Source: Zancudomyces culisetae HAW-14-8 (Eukaryota > Fungi > Kickxellomycota). From it: a stretch of 64,000 nt of DNA. Location of the stretch: contig JBNJNM010000008.1 in NCBI GenBank assembly GCA_052426225.1, forward strand, positions 2,046,001-2,110,000, in the 5' to 3' direction. The translations under genes and the position numbers were made by a program. Of the stretch, positions 35,878 through 48,700 are shown one piece after another (position 1 is the first letter of the stretch; every line of letters starts with the position of its first letter). The notes beneath the pieces were generated by a model. That model was not told the origin of the DNA and searched no databases. It saw only the letters and a list, made by a program, of their open reading frames with translations.

Positions 35878-38800
35878 CTTTTTGATTTATTCATGCTACT
35901 TTTCTTATAAAACTACTTGCTTTCCCAGTTCTAACTATCACTTCGAAGCGTATCAGTACTCAAATATTATAACTCTGTTGTTTATAATAGCGTTAATATA
36001 CAATCCTTTTTCTTGCATCAAAAAAGTTTTTTTTTTTCGAGACTAATAAAACTGGATTTATAGCTACTCTTGTTTTTGTGTTAAAAACCACTCCCATCAA
36101 TTTGTGTGATTAGATAAAAATTACTGGGTAATTGAATTAAAATTACCAAATCATTGATTAAGTGCATTCAAAAATTTTTTTTATTAATTTGCAAAACTAA
36201 CTGAATGCATACCATTCAGTGGCTATACTTTCTTTGATTATTTAACTGCAAATTTTTTACGGTGAACAAGACTACCATAAATTATCTATCTGTGAAGCCA
36301 CGAGAATTTGAAGGCCTGGACCCAAGTTAAGCATAAAATGTGCTCCAACATTCATAAAAGGTTTCAAAAGATTCCAATAAACAATCTAGCGTCTCTTTGA
36401 ATTTTTCCACCACCATTAGATCGCTGTTGTCACCTTATTGTACTTTCACTGAGTGGCTTTCATGTGAAGCGAGTAAAGCGAGCAAAGCCCAATACTTTTG
36501 ATCTTGAATATGTCCATTATCTTTTTAATCTTTATCGGTTGTAGTATTTGATAGAAATATACTGTTATTTAGTGGCAAGACCAACCTCTAGCCATCAAAT
36601 AATATATTTTTTACCTATTAACAACCTACTATTTAATCAAAACAGTATTCTTACCATTTAATATATTTTAATAATTATTATAGGAGATTCAGTTTATTTT
36701 ATGTTGCCTAGTTTTTTTTTGTCCTTCTGGATTTTTTCTACAGCAACAGTCTAGTTTAATATTTATTTAGAGTTTACTTTTAATTTATATTAATTAATTT
36801 ACTAGGTCTTATGTATATAATACACGGTTATAAAAAGTATAAATGGTATAAGGCTTTTCTGTGCTAATGAGTTATCAAATAAACACAGTACAATAACATT
36901 TGGTCTGTTTATTAAAAGAAATAGTTACTATAGTGAAATGTTATAAAGTATAGTACTTATTATAGTTTTTCTATCATAATAAATATAATTTAACAAATAA
37001 TTGAAGTAAAACCTGTATTTCGCTATCAATACCATATTAATACCGTCACAAATGGATTTAAATATTACATTTTTACCATCCTTTTTGAACGTAGATGAAC
37101 TTAGATATTTACGTAATCCTCTTTATACATTTAAATTTTGCTGTAACTTTGACAAATATTTCCTAAAAATCACACCAAAAATATATTTTAAGGCCTATAT
37201 GATTTTTTTACGGAACGATAGTATCATCAAAATATACGCAGCACATGGAGTATATTACTTCCAAGTTACTATGAGAAACTTCCTATCCCATTTTTTGTTT
37301 TTCCAGATTGATTTCAGATGGACGCCTACATATTATTTAGCAAATGAAGGCTAAAGCTTTGAAGATTAAGTAAAGGCGAATGTAAAGGAGAAGAATAATT
37401 TCGAATATTACTATTATTTGTAATAAAGAGCCCTATTTGTCAGCATTTAACATAAAACTTAAGCGTGAACTCACAGCTTGTGAATGTGATCATTAACGAT
37501 ATTAGATGTTGGAGTGGTACTTAACCTAATAGAGCGGTATAAAAGAATAGTGAAGTTAACAGTGTCAAAGTAGATAATGTACATGTATGAGTATTTATAA
37601 GTACAAGAGATATTATTGGGATGAAAGGTAATCTGAGTGATAGGCCAAGAGTTACAAAGAAAATTAACTTGGGATAGGTAATCATAGAAAATGTATTGGT
37701 CTCTAAGGAGCTCTCCATATTATATGAAAAAAGTTAATTTTATAAAAGTGTTATGTTTTTGATCCTACTCCTGGTAGGAAGGAAGGATTACAGTTCAAAC
37801 TTTTTGAAATTCTTCGGAATTAAAATGCAACTTAAAACAGAGCGAACATACTCTCATCACTACCTAGTTTAAAAACAAATATTGTAGTTCCACTTTCCCA
37901 TGTACCAATACCTAATCATACGGAAACTCTAGAAAATCACCAGTAAATTATGAATGAGAAGAACTATAAAAGGGGAAAAGAAACTGTGAGAAAAACGGTT
38001 ACTATTCTGGAGGATTTTATTTTTTAACTTTTATAATATTTATACTACAAATTCGTTTTACTAAACTAAACGTCACAAAGGCTCAATGAAAATTAAATCA
38101 ACAGCCCGAATCGGTATTTTCTATAGTTTTCATATTCAAAGATTCGGAAGCATATAATGATAAATAACAAAATTTACAAAATTTGTCCATTTATTAAATA
38201 AAGATGGGTTATTTTTTTGAAATCATATATTTGCCTCCCAAGATTGCAAACTAGACATACCTGACAATCTAACTACAGTTTACTTTAATTTTTTGGTGTT
38301 TGTGATGTTTTTTTTTCAATCCAAAGTTAGCCATTAAATCAAACTGGAGGTTCTTATCAAATAAACAGGTATACTATTGGTATAAATATACATCGTCTAC
38401 TGTGATAAAATTTTTATTCTGGTTTAAGGGAGCTATTTACTGCCTATGTTTTCTTATAGCAAGGTATTCTGGAGTAATTTAAATAAAATAAGCTTTGCTT
38501 TTCTAAAGGTTTATAGTTTGTATTTACTAATGTTTTTTTTATGTTTTTTTTTTACAATATCCAGTAATCTCTTGATCACTCTGATGCATTCTTGATGAAA
38601 AGGGAGATTTGGCAAAATTACGATATTTGTGGAATAAACAGTGCAACTGTCCGCTGAATAAAAGCATCAACACCTAACTTCCCACTGGGAAAGATGGAAA
38701 TGAACGACGTTAAGTTACAAACATTTAATGGATCGGGTGTTTTGCTGTTTTACTTTTTTTTCTCATGGATAGTTGACATTTTAATTTTTCCTTTTTAAGT

Positions 38801-39547
38801 TGCGTTCTAAAAATAATACTATCAACGCTGGTTCTACGTTCTCTTGTAGCATGAGCATAATAATACGCTGTAGAAAATTTTTTATTTGGTTGTTATCCAA
38901 TAACTTATATTAATAATTATGGTTTTGGTATGTTTAAAAACCCGGAATAGGGAAAATGAGACACAAACAAAAAAAAAACCAGTTAACAAAAGGCAAAGAG
39001 TCAAAAAACCAAAATAGTTGAGCTGCATTAAGTAATAATTAAACTTTTACTAATAAATTGTAATGACAAATATGAACTATAACCAACAAAACAGTTGTAC
39101 ATGAATACCATGTACATGTTAAAAATGCTACTCCCAGAAATCATATTGCATGATATTTTATTTTTAAAAAGTTTAAAAAGCCGCCAATAATTAGAATTTT
39201 GAACAAATATTACACAATTTCATTTAATTACAATTACTTGATACAGCTAAGTTTATTAGAGATACTTCGAAGCTAGGTTGTATTTTCGAATTGTAAAACT
39301 AGCTGTTTTACAAATCTTTAAGATAATTCAAGGTTCTCTCTTTATTAGTGTTGCAAGAGTGTCATAGATAAAAATGGAGAGAAAGTAAAAGTATAAAAGT
39401 AGAACAATTTCTAATGAATTCAAAAAATTCGTCTACAATTGAAGTCTCTTCAAGTAACAGATTAAAGCATAACTACAGTGGTTTCCATTGAAATATTATA
39501 TTAGCGCACAAGCTACACACAAACTGCATTTGAACTGAATATCAAAA

Positions 39548-39958
39548 ATGGTAAAGTCAACACTCACACTCCTCGCAGCCGCACTTGTCACAGTATCAGT
39601 AAATTCTGCTGTCGTCCCAAGACCAAAAGAAAACACCGGCCCTATGCAACCGCTAATAGGACAAGTTCCGAACTTTGGAAGATTTGCCCTACCTGCTCGT
39701 CCTGCCTTTAACAAACGCTTTGTCGTTTCAGCCTACCACAAGAGTACTAAAAAAGAGGAGAAAGTTGCTCCAGTTGATGATGCTGCACCAGCAGATGGCA
39801 GCGGTACAGATGAAGAGTATGATGAAGAATATGATGAAGAATATGAAAAGGATGAAGAGAATGAAGAGGATGAAGAATATGAAGAAGAAGATAAAGATGA
39901 AGAAGAGGAAGAAGAAGATGACCGTTGGTTGTATAGACATCTACCAGACTATTGGTAA
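39548..39958 (+). CDS. Small secreted protein with acidic tail
   Basis: Signal-peptide-like MVKSTLTLLAAALVTVSVNS, a dibasic KR site and an E/D-rich tract; good start context (AAAATGG). Confidence 0.65.
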   Translation: MVKSTLTLLAAALVTVSVNSAVVPRPKENTGPMQPLIGQVPNFGRFALPARPAFNKRFVVSAYHKSTKKEEKVAPVDDAAPADGSGTDEEYDEEYDEEYEKDEENEEDEEYEEEDKDEEEEEEDDRWLYRHLPDYW

Positions 39959-41051
39959 TTTACCATTTCTAGGAATTAGTTCTGTCAACTACTCACAACC
40001 ATGATTAATCTAAAGATATTTAGTTACTTTGATGTTATTTAAATAAAAGTAGCTATAAATTTTAGTTTAAATTGACAAGTATTTTTCACATGAAGCTACC
40101 ATCTATTTTAACTCCTCTTTATGTCACTACTACAAACGATTATTTACAGAATAATTTTGAATATACAAAAGTTTATTTTCTATAATCAGTTAATTTTCAA
40201 AATGTTAAGAATAGTATTCTTACCAGAAATAATTGCTTTTAAATATTCAGCCAAAATCAGCCGCCTCGGACGAACGCCTGGTGGGTATGAAGACCCTAGA
40301 GCTAAAGCGAGGAATTGATTTATAGACGTTATACCTATATATTTTTTGTAGTCTCTTGTAATGTTTTTTCATATATCCATAGAGCGAGAGAAATAAAAAT
40401 ATGTGACTTTTTAAACACTAACCACTTTATCAACCACATAAGTGTCGAAACAGTTGCATTTAAACACAAGAAAAGTAATATTAACCATTTTTAATCCTTT
40501 TTACTCAAGTCAATTTATAAATTGCAACAAGAACACATAAAGCTAGTTAATAATGACTACAATTGAATAAAATAAACTATAGGTATAATACCACTTTCCT
40601 AACAGAACATATAGAATCTCTAAAAAACACAAGTGATATATTTTATGAAGTAACAGTAACCACTAATTGTAGAGGTGCTTTAAATATCGCTGTGGATGAT
40701 ATGTTTAGGTTCTAGAATAAAAATGGCGGATCAATTTCCTTGAGGATAGAGAAAGTAAGTTTAATAGTTATCCTTGTATTGCTTTAGTTTATAACACTTT
40801 TTATTGCACCATGTAATTGTATCAAGCTAGGAAATAATGAAAAAATTCCTAGCTGAAATTAATTACCAAATACTGCCTAAACCTAAAACAATATAGAGAT
40901 GTTCATTTTATTTGACCTTGTTTAACACCACTTGTGTACTTATGTCTATAATAATATCAAGATAAGCTAGAACCATGAGGTTAACTGTTTTTAAATTCAA
41001 AAGTTGATCATGTTTATTTATGGAAGCCGAAACAAGGTATCGAAACTGTGA

Positions 41052-41957
41052 CTAAAACTGTATGTCCAGATCTGGCGTCAAGGATCTGGGACTAACCCCA
41101 GTCTCATTTGAAATAAAGTTTAAAAAATATCCAACTCTGGTGTAGTATGCTATATTATTCTTGCCGCACTTGTTAGTGAATTTTGGATTTTTATTACGTC
41201 CTTTTGATGTCACACCAACTAGTACTTGTTCTCCCCCATACACTGTTACTAGAGGTCCACCAGAGTCACCTTGACAAGAGTCATTTCCATTATAGCTCTC
41301 TTGACAGAGCAGTGCTCCATAGTTAGTTGTCCAGTTGGGGTTATACTTTGTACAGTTAGAGCTGCTAGAGATATTCACTACTGTTTTCAGCAAAACATTA
41401 GATGGTGTAGCGCTACCTGCTTTAGTAACACCCCAACCTGCAACTGTTACTAGTAGTTTATTATATACTCTGAATGGGTAAATCTTGATAGGAGTTGCAA
41501 CGCTGCTTGGAACTGGCTTTTCTAGCCTGAATAGTGCGATGTCGTGAGCTTTACTTGTAACATAATCACCTGAATTAATTTTGACTACATTGTAATAATC
41601 AGTTCCAGAATTTGGATCACCAAGAGAACGACTCCCAAGTACAATTCTGTAACTATCTGGACTCAATTGTATCTTATTCCTAACTGCGCAATGTCCTGCA
41701 GAGAGTATATAGTTTTCAGTGACCAATGATCCAGTGCATTTATACTCAAAAGTGTTGTTCAATTTTACAAATATCTGCGCTGCAAATCCGAATTCGTCGC
41801 TGTCTGACTGAACACCGTTTATAATATTGGTTACAAGGCCTTCATCACTGTCTTGATCTAATTCGGATCTTAATACCTTTCTACTCCCAGTTGCATATCC
41901 TGAGACGTGCATTAGCAAGGTTGGAGCCAGGGAAATCAATACTCCTATAAGTCTCAT
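41052..41957 (-). CDS. Secreted trypsin-like serine protease (S1A)
   Basis: Signal peptide, mature N-terminus IINGV, catalytic triad in LSAGHC / HDIALFRL / DSCQGDSGGPL, Asp at the S1 pocket. Confidence 0.95.
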   Translation of the reverse strand: MRLIGVLISLAPTLLMHVSGYATGSRKVLRSELDQDSDEGLVTNIINGVQSDSDEFGFAAQIFVKLNNTFEYKCTGSLVTENYILSAGHCAVRNKIQLSPDSYRIVLGSRSLGDPNSGTDYYNVVKINSGDYVTSKAHDIALFRLEKPVPSSVATPIKIYPFRVYNKLLVTVAGWGVTKAGSATPSNVLLKTVVNISSSSNCTKYNPNWTTNYGALLCQESYNGNDSCQGDSGGPLVTVYGGEQVLVGVTSKGRNKNPKFTNKCGKNNIAYYTRVGYFLNFISNETGVSPRSLTPDLDIQF

Positions 41958-43355
41958 TTTATTTTTGATACTGTCTTATGTTATATTGAATGAAAAAATA
42001 AAAATTAACTGTCTTTAAGTTTATAAACTATTCTAAGAAAAATGAAAAAGAAAAATGCCTATTACAATGTTTAAGTTTTAATTTAGAAACATCTCTTTCT
42101 TGGAACCCGCTTATTTATATGCTCAAGACAGGTAAAAGCTAAGCTTAATAAATATCATAAAGTAAACATAGATAATAAAGTATAAAAATGTTCAACTGAT
42201 GCCATTTCTTTTAATTTGCACTTCATCATTAGTTAAGTCCGATGTATGAATGTTTAAATTTTAAGCCAGTGTAATTAATAATTCACAGCTGGAATATTTC
42301 CATACTAAGTGAAAATTAGATAAATTCTGGAACGTTTGAAAAAAATATGTTATCATGGGATGTTTGGCTCATTTTCAATAGTACTTTTAAACAATTCCGG
42401 TATTCTTTTGAAATTAAAGATTTAAAATAAGTCCCAGGTGAGTTAACCAACAACCACACAATTATAAAACTAGAATTTGTGAAGTAATGTAAGCAAATGC
42501 CGATTTGTTACTTTGGGATTTTGATACGCTGGTTCACTTTTTGTACTGGGCTGATAAGAAATGAATTATAACCGGTTAAAATATTTTTTTCCCAAAAACA
42601 ATTCGCTTATTACAAAATCGTTACTAGGATGTCAATATATAACATAATTAATAAAAAAACGTCCACTATCAACGTAAAATTTTATCTAATGCTGTGGGAG
42701 TATTCCAGTTTATTTAGATAACTACGGTAAGAATATTGTCTATTTTTACAATAATGTACAGAACTTGTATGGTAAAGATAAAAGAAATATTAGGATACTA
42801 AATAAATAACTTGCTTTTAGACCCTGGTTTAACAACTGCATAAACTATTGAATTTCAAAACGAGCAAACACGAAATAGCTAAAAACAATTTTGGTGTATG
42901 TCTTGATTACATTACACGTGTTAATATTACAAATCATTTGATCTTTCTGCCCACCTTAGAATTTATTCAATTACTTTGTTGTATGAAATATACAAACAAA
43001 TATGCTAAATTTCCCGGTGAATAAAACATCCCGAACATTAAAATAACAACATTATTACTGAAACTGGTATTGCTAACGCTAAATGTGCTCATTCCTATTT
43101 AGTTTACTGGAAAAACATTGGTTAGTGCCAGATTTTCAAACGAGCAAGATCATCCGTTTTATTTTCGGCTGTAAAAATGTTCTCAAATGAACTGAAAAAC
43201 AGATTGGAAAGAGTTTCAAAATCGTCAGATGTGTTAAAATCCAAACTAATGTGGTTTTTTAAATGATTTTGCAGTACCAACCCGGATCCTATCTTTATGG
43301 AGTGTTTTGACTTGTAGATGTAAAATGGAATTACGTTTTCCTGCTCTGGAGTTGA

Positions 43356-44935
43356 TTATTTGGCACTGTCATCTTGGTTGTTACCCACAGTAGTGGTTTT
43401 TTTAAATACAGGCAAAGGATCTGATATTATTTCTATGTTTTTGTTTTCTTCAAACAAAAAATAAGAAAAATTCTCAGGTAAAGGTGTTGATAGTGTGGAG
43501 TTCATAGACGGGTCTATTTTATCTGCTGTTCCAGCTGTGCTCTTTGCTATGGAGCTAGGTGTTTTGACATCATAAGCGTATGTTGTTCTTGTCTTTCTAT
43601 CAGACTCTCGATTTTTCTCATTTTCATTGACCAAAGTGATTATTCAGATATTGTGATAACCTGCGACTTCTTGTTTGAATTTATAAAATTTAAATCCAGT
43701 TGGCCATTGCCGTATTTTGATCCCGAATACACTTGTTCAAGTTGTGTTCTTGTTGTACTTGCATTGCTATCTATATTCTCGGTTTTACCCGCTATACTTT
43801 TGTTGTCTTTTACCACTTCTGCTTTATCAGCTGATGCACCAATGGACTCATCGCTATTTCTCCTTTCTAGCGCATTCCCAGGTGTAATCGAATTACCTGG
43901 GCTATATACGTTATCTGTAGCACTTTTTTTGTTTGATGAGTAGTCTACTTGGGTAATTCCTATATCCGCTACCGACTTATCTGGCTTGTAGTTTGACGAG
44001 TCGCCATTAAAACTGATGTTGGGAACATAAATTTTGTAGTCCATCGAAGTCATAAGTGGTTGTTCAATTGCGGCATAAGTATCTGTGTTGAGATCGTCAA
44101 AATTTGTATACAGCGCCCTGGTCTTTATCTGGTTGCTAATATATTCTGTACAAGTCTGAATATCGAATATTTCTGGGTTGAATGTTTTACTTTCTGGCTT
44201 GTAAATTCCACTAAAGCGGTTAGACAATATAATTTTTACTTTTCGTGAGGTTATACTTGGATACGAGGATAGATATACAGCCAAGCAGTTTTGATAAATC
44301 TCTATCTTCAAGACTAGTGTCTGTTGAAGCACCACTAATATCAGCTGATGATAGGAATCCTGTGATTATAAATGATCGATTAGAGTCTTCACACGGATTT
44401 CTTATGTACTGCACAGAGTTATATGGCTGGCATATCTCTTGGATTTTTTCATCTTTTCCAAATGCAGTAGGATGGGTATTGGTAGGGTTATGTGATTGTG
44501 ATTGTGATTGTTTTACCTTGGCTTTACTTTTACTTGCAGCTGGTGAGCGGGATGTTGACTTTTTTCTTTTGGAGTCTTTACTCTCACTTTTTCTAGGAGT
44601 ACCAGCTGTTTTGTCTTGGATAGGTGGGGTGAAAAACGTAGGTTCTATAACGAGATCGTCAAGTTCAAATACATGGTTTGATGAAACAGTTGATAAATCT
44701 ATTCTTTCACCTGCAGATTGTGTTTGCAAGCTCAGTTCTGTAAAGTTGTAGAGATCCTCAAGCTTATATACAAAGGTTGGATATTTTATCAGTTTTTTTA
44801 CATTCTGGGCCCACTCTTTTCGTTTATACAAGTCATTTGATGTACCTGTAGTATATTCATATTGAAAACTTGTTGGTAACACTAATATAGTACTTATCAA
44901 GGTAAGTTGAAACGCTCTCGTTTTAAAGTATACTG
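43356..44935 (-). pseudogene. Fragmented ORF of an unknown, possibly secreted S/T-rich protein
   Basis: Three consecutive same-strand ORFs (44900-44220, 44335-43640, 43634-43356), each in a different frame from the preceding one. The signal-like 5' segment YFKTRAFQLTLISTILVLP has no in-frame ATG. Confidence 0.4.
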
Positions 44936-45307
44936 GTTAATTCGAAAACAATCATTTGCAATGACAAATAAGAAAAAGACTGTGTTTTTGGAAAGATGAA
45001 GCGTAAAAAAACACGATTACCCACATATTTATAGTAGTTGTTCCTAAACTTAAGACATAGTTATTACATATCTAAAGCTTTTAAAAACCAAAAAAATTAT
45101 AAACCAGAATACATCAACATAGCAGAGAATTAACTATGTTTGGGTAAACCATGGTTAACTAGAAAGAATCGATAGTTAAGAAAATATGTTATCTTAAGTT
45201 AGTCAGAACTTGGGTTTAATTTTTTTATGGATTAATAAATCAACCTATAATACAATTAATAATATGTTTAGTTGAATGAAATGAAAACTTATTATTATTA
45301 TGCGAAC

Positions 45308-45581
45308 ATCCAGATACAATTATGTGTGTACCAATCTTTATTATAAATCGAAAATTCTTTCCTAGATACTATTTTTATCGATTAATCCATTACCTTAAAA
45401 TTTGGTAAAAAATTAAATCGATAAAAAGAGTGTTTAAATTTAGAAACTTTATACGTAATGATGTGTGTAATGACAGACATCAATGTATAATTTTTATAAA
45501 ATAAGTAAAACTAACTAAATAAAATAAATTTAAACCATATATAAACTGATGTCCCCCGTTTCCTGATGAATCTTTACCATC
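45308..45581. repeat. DIRS 3' inverted terminal repeat
   Basis: Reverse complement of 49507-49780, with one mismatch seen by eye. Confidence 0.93.
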
Positions 45582-45613
45582 GTTGAGCTAGGTATGGGTG
45601 GGAATTGGGTGGG

Positions 45614-45710
45614 ACATAATTGTATCTGGATGTTCGCATAATAATAATAAGTTTTCATTTCATTCAACTAAACATATTATTATGCTTCACTTATCCAGAT
45701 ACAATTATGT
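45614..45710. repeat. DIRS internal complementary region (ICR)
   Basis: First part is the reverse complement of about 45257-45325 and second part of about 49764-49794, fused at ATTA. It contains the YR stop codon. Confidence 0.93.
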
Positions 45711-48700
45711 AGCTTCAGAGTTCAAGATAAATTGAGTTAAATTTTCACGAGTTCTACGTGATAATTGATAATAAGTATCAAATATACCTTTACTTGCCCA
45801 AAATCCTTGTGCAATAACATCGTCGTATGTCGCACCTAGCTTTGTAGCTCTAGTAGATCCTAATGCTCGAGCTTTTGGTAACTTTGCGCTTTCTGGCAAC
45901 TGCAAGAGTGACATCAATGAATTAATATTTTTACTGATTCGTTGTGCCCCAATGTGTTTGTCATTATACTTTAAGTTGCGGATAAGGTAGTGCAATTGTA
46001 CTCCATCGAGGATCGGATGGTTTGCAACACTCGGAAAAGTTGCAATGTGTTTTTTATATGCTCTGTATGTTACTACAGGACATAATTTATAGTCGCTATG
46101 TGCGTGGATTATACTGACCTTTTCAATCGGATTTCCACTTCGCTTTTCTTTTGGTCCAACAATAACAAATTTAACATAATCTTTATTGATTTCCGTCTTT
46201 GAATCATCGATTCGTTCTATGTCAGAAGGTCTCAAAAATTCACAAATTGCTAGCAACCAACAAAATTTAATTGTTAAATTTTGCTTGCTCATTTTAAAAT
46301 TTGAACCAAAATTTTTAATATGTTCGATAATCGGATTAATATCGTAGTTAGGGTTGTTAAAAGATCGAACTGAAGTTGAATCGAGCTGTTTTAAATAATT
46401 AATCATCAAAATGTCGCTGCTATATGTTCGCCATTCAGCATTAATATCGATGATAGCAGACTTGTAGTTTTTTATAGTACCAACTTTTTAATTGTTACTA
46501 ATACGATGTTCATCAAGGAAATTGATAACATCAACAACTGAAACGTTATTAATGTCAAGTTTTGCCGACTCTAACCACTGAATAAACTTTACCTTGATGT
46601 TGTAATATTGTTTTTGTTTTGCCATATTTCGTTTGCCAGTTGTCATTAACGTGATAACTGAATCTTTTAAACCCGTTTTTTCAAGGCGTGCGCGCTTAAT
46701 TTCCAAGCCGTAAGCGACCATGCTTTGTTTATCTGTGTCACTTGCTTTCCGCTTTTTGGATCCGGAATTATATGTGGAGCTAATATCTTGATCGGTGGAG
46801 CTATTAGCATGCTCTTGAGGTCTGGATACCATGGTGCTGACCTCCAAAACGGTGTTATCAATGTCGCTGATACTTTGTCCTGTCTGATCTTCTGTAGTGT
46901 TTTCTGTATCAGATTCCATGGTGGACAAAGGTATGGATTCGTCCAAATGCTCCAATGATGATTGAATGCATTCGTTTTTGCTGCTTCTGGTGTCCATTTC
47001 CAACTCACAAATGTTGGTAGTTTGTGGTTGTTGTTGTTGGCAAACATGTCCACATCGTGTGGACCAAACTGTTTCTGTATCTTCTGAAACATCTTGTCTG
47101 ATAGTGACCACTCTGTTTGAGCTGTTAAACGTGATGGTGCATCCGCTGGATTCAGTATTGATGGTACATACTGAATCTGAACCCGAGTGCCATTGCTGAT
47201 GCAATGTTTCCAAATTGCTTCCGAAATGTCCATCAGATTCACTGATTTGGTTCCCCCATGCTTCTTGATGTAGCTGATTGATGTGTTGTTGTCGCAATAT
47301 ACAACAACACTCTTTCCCTGAACCTGCGGCAGCTTCACTGCATACTGAATTGCTAATAATTCCTTCGCATTGATAGGGAGCTTCATCTGTTGTCGTGTCC
47401 ATGTCCCCGTATACTGATTGCTGTCTATCACTATCCCCCAGTGATTGTCGCTTGCATCCGTATATACTTCTATCTCTGGGATCTCCGGAAGAAAGCATAG
47501 ACCATTCCATTGCTTCAGATGGTCCCTCCACCACGTCAGATTGTCCAGTGCGGGCTGATTCAGTGTTACTTGTGAACTCCAATCCGTGGTGCGTTTCAGA
47601 GTGTTGTTTTTGAGCTCTAACAACCTCCTGCTCATCAGTCGTCCTGGTCTGAGTGCTATATTCACTGCCTGCGTTTTGCCAATGAATGATGCCAGATCCT
47701 TCAGTGTTGTACATCCTTTGTGTATCAACCTGGATGCCTCTCTCGCTAAATCTTTGAGTTTCTGTTTGGGTATCTTGAAACTCATCTGACGGCTGTTGAT
47801 GTCCATCCCAAGATGCGTAATACATTGTTTGGGATGTATTGATGACTTTTCCTGGTTGATCAGGAATCCCAGTTTCACCAGTTTCTTGGATACCATGTTT
47901 GTGAACTTTAGACACTCTGTTTTTGTTGATCCTAAGATTAACAAATCGTCTAAGTAGCTCGACATTCGTATTCCGCGAGCTCTGGCCCATTTCAGTACTG
48001 GTTTTAGTATTTTTGTGAATACTAGTGGGCTTAAAGATAGACCAAATGGGAGCACCCTGTACTGGTAGGTGCGACCGCCCCATGTAAACCTGAGATACTT
48101 TCTGGACGTTTTGTTGATCAATACGTGTAGAAATGCATCGCTGAGGTCTATGCTGGTCATATAATCCCCTTTGCGGATCATTCTGGAGATAGTTGTGAGC
48201 GACTCCATCTTGAAATGTCGCTGTGGGATGTACTGATTTAACGGTCTTAAATTCAGTACCATCCGCGTGCCTCCGTTCTTCTTTGGGATTGTAAACGGAT
48301 TTGAGTAGAACCCTGGCTGCGCGGATGAAGCTTCCTCTATTGCTTTCTTTGACAGGAGGTTTGCTATCTCCTGTTCGACCACTTTTTCTGGAAGCTTTTT
48401 CAAGTTGTAACCGAACGGTTTTTTCTGCTTGACCGTCGGTGGATGCGTTTTGAAGGGGATTCTGAACCCTTCTGAGATCACTTGGAGTATCCATTTGTGA
48501 TCTGTGAGGCGCATCCAAGCCTCCTGGAACATCCTCAGTCTCCCTCCTACTTTCGGTGTTTGCTGCTGTTTGCAAACCGAAAATTACCGCCAGTAGCAGC
48601 GGATTTGTGTTGTCGTTGTTGTTGGATCTGCTGCGGCTCTGCTTGAACATTCTGGTTAACTGATGGCTGAAACGGAATGCTTGGGAAGGTCCTGGTTGCG

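Noticed and set aside
37790-37870. FLKFFGIKMQLKT resembling an integrase core segment
   Set aside because: Too short and lacks the following PQxNGxxER motif.
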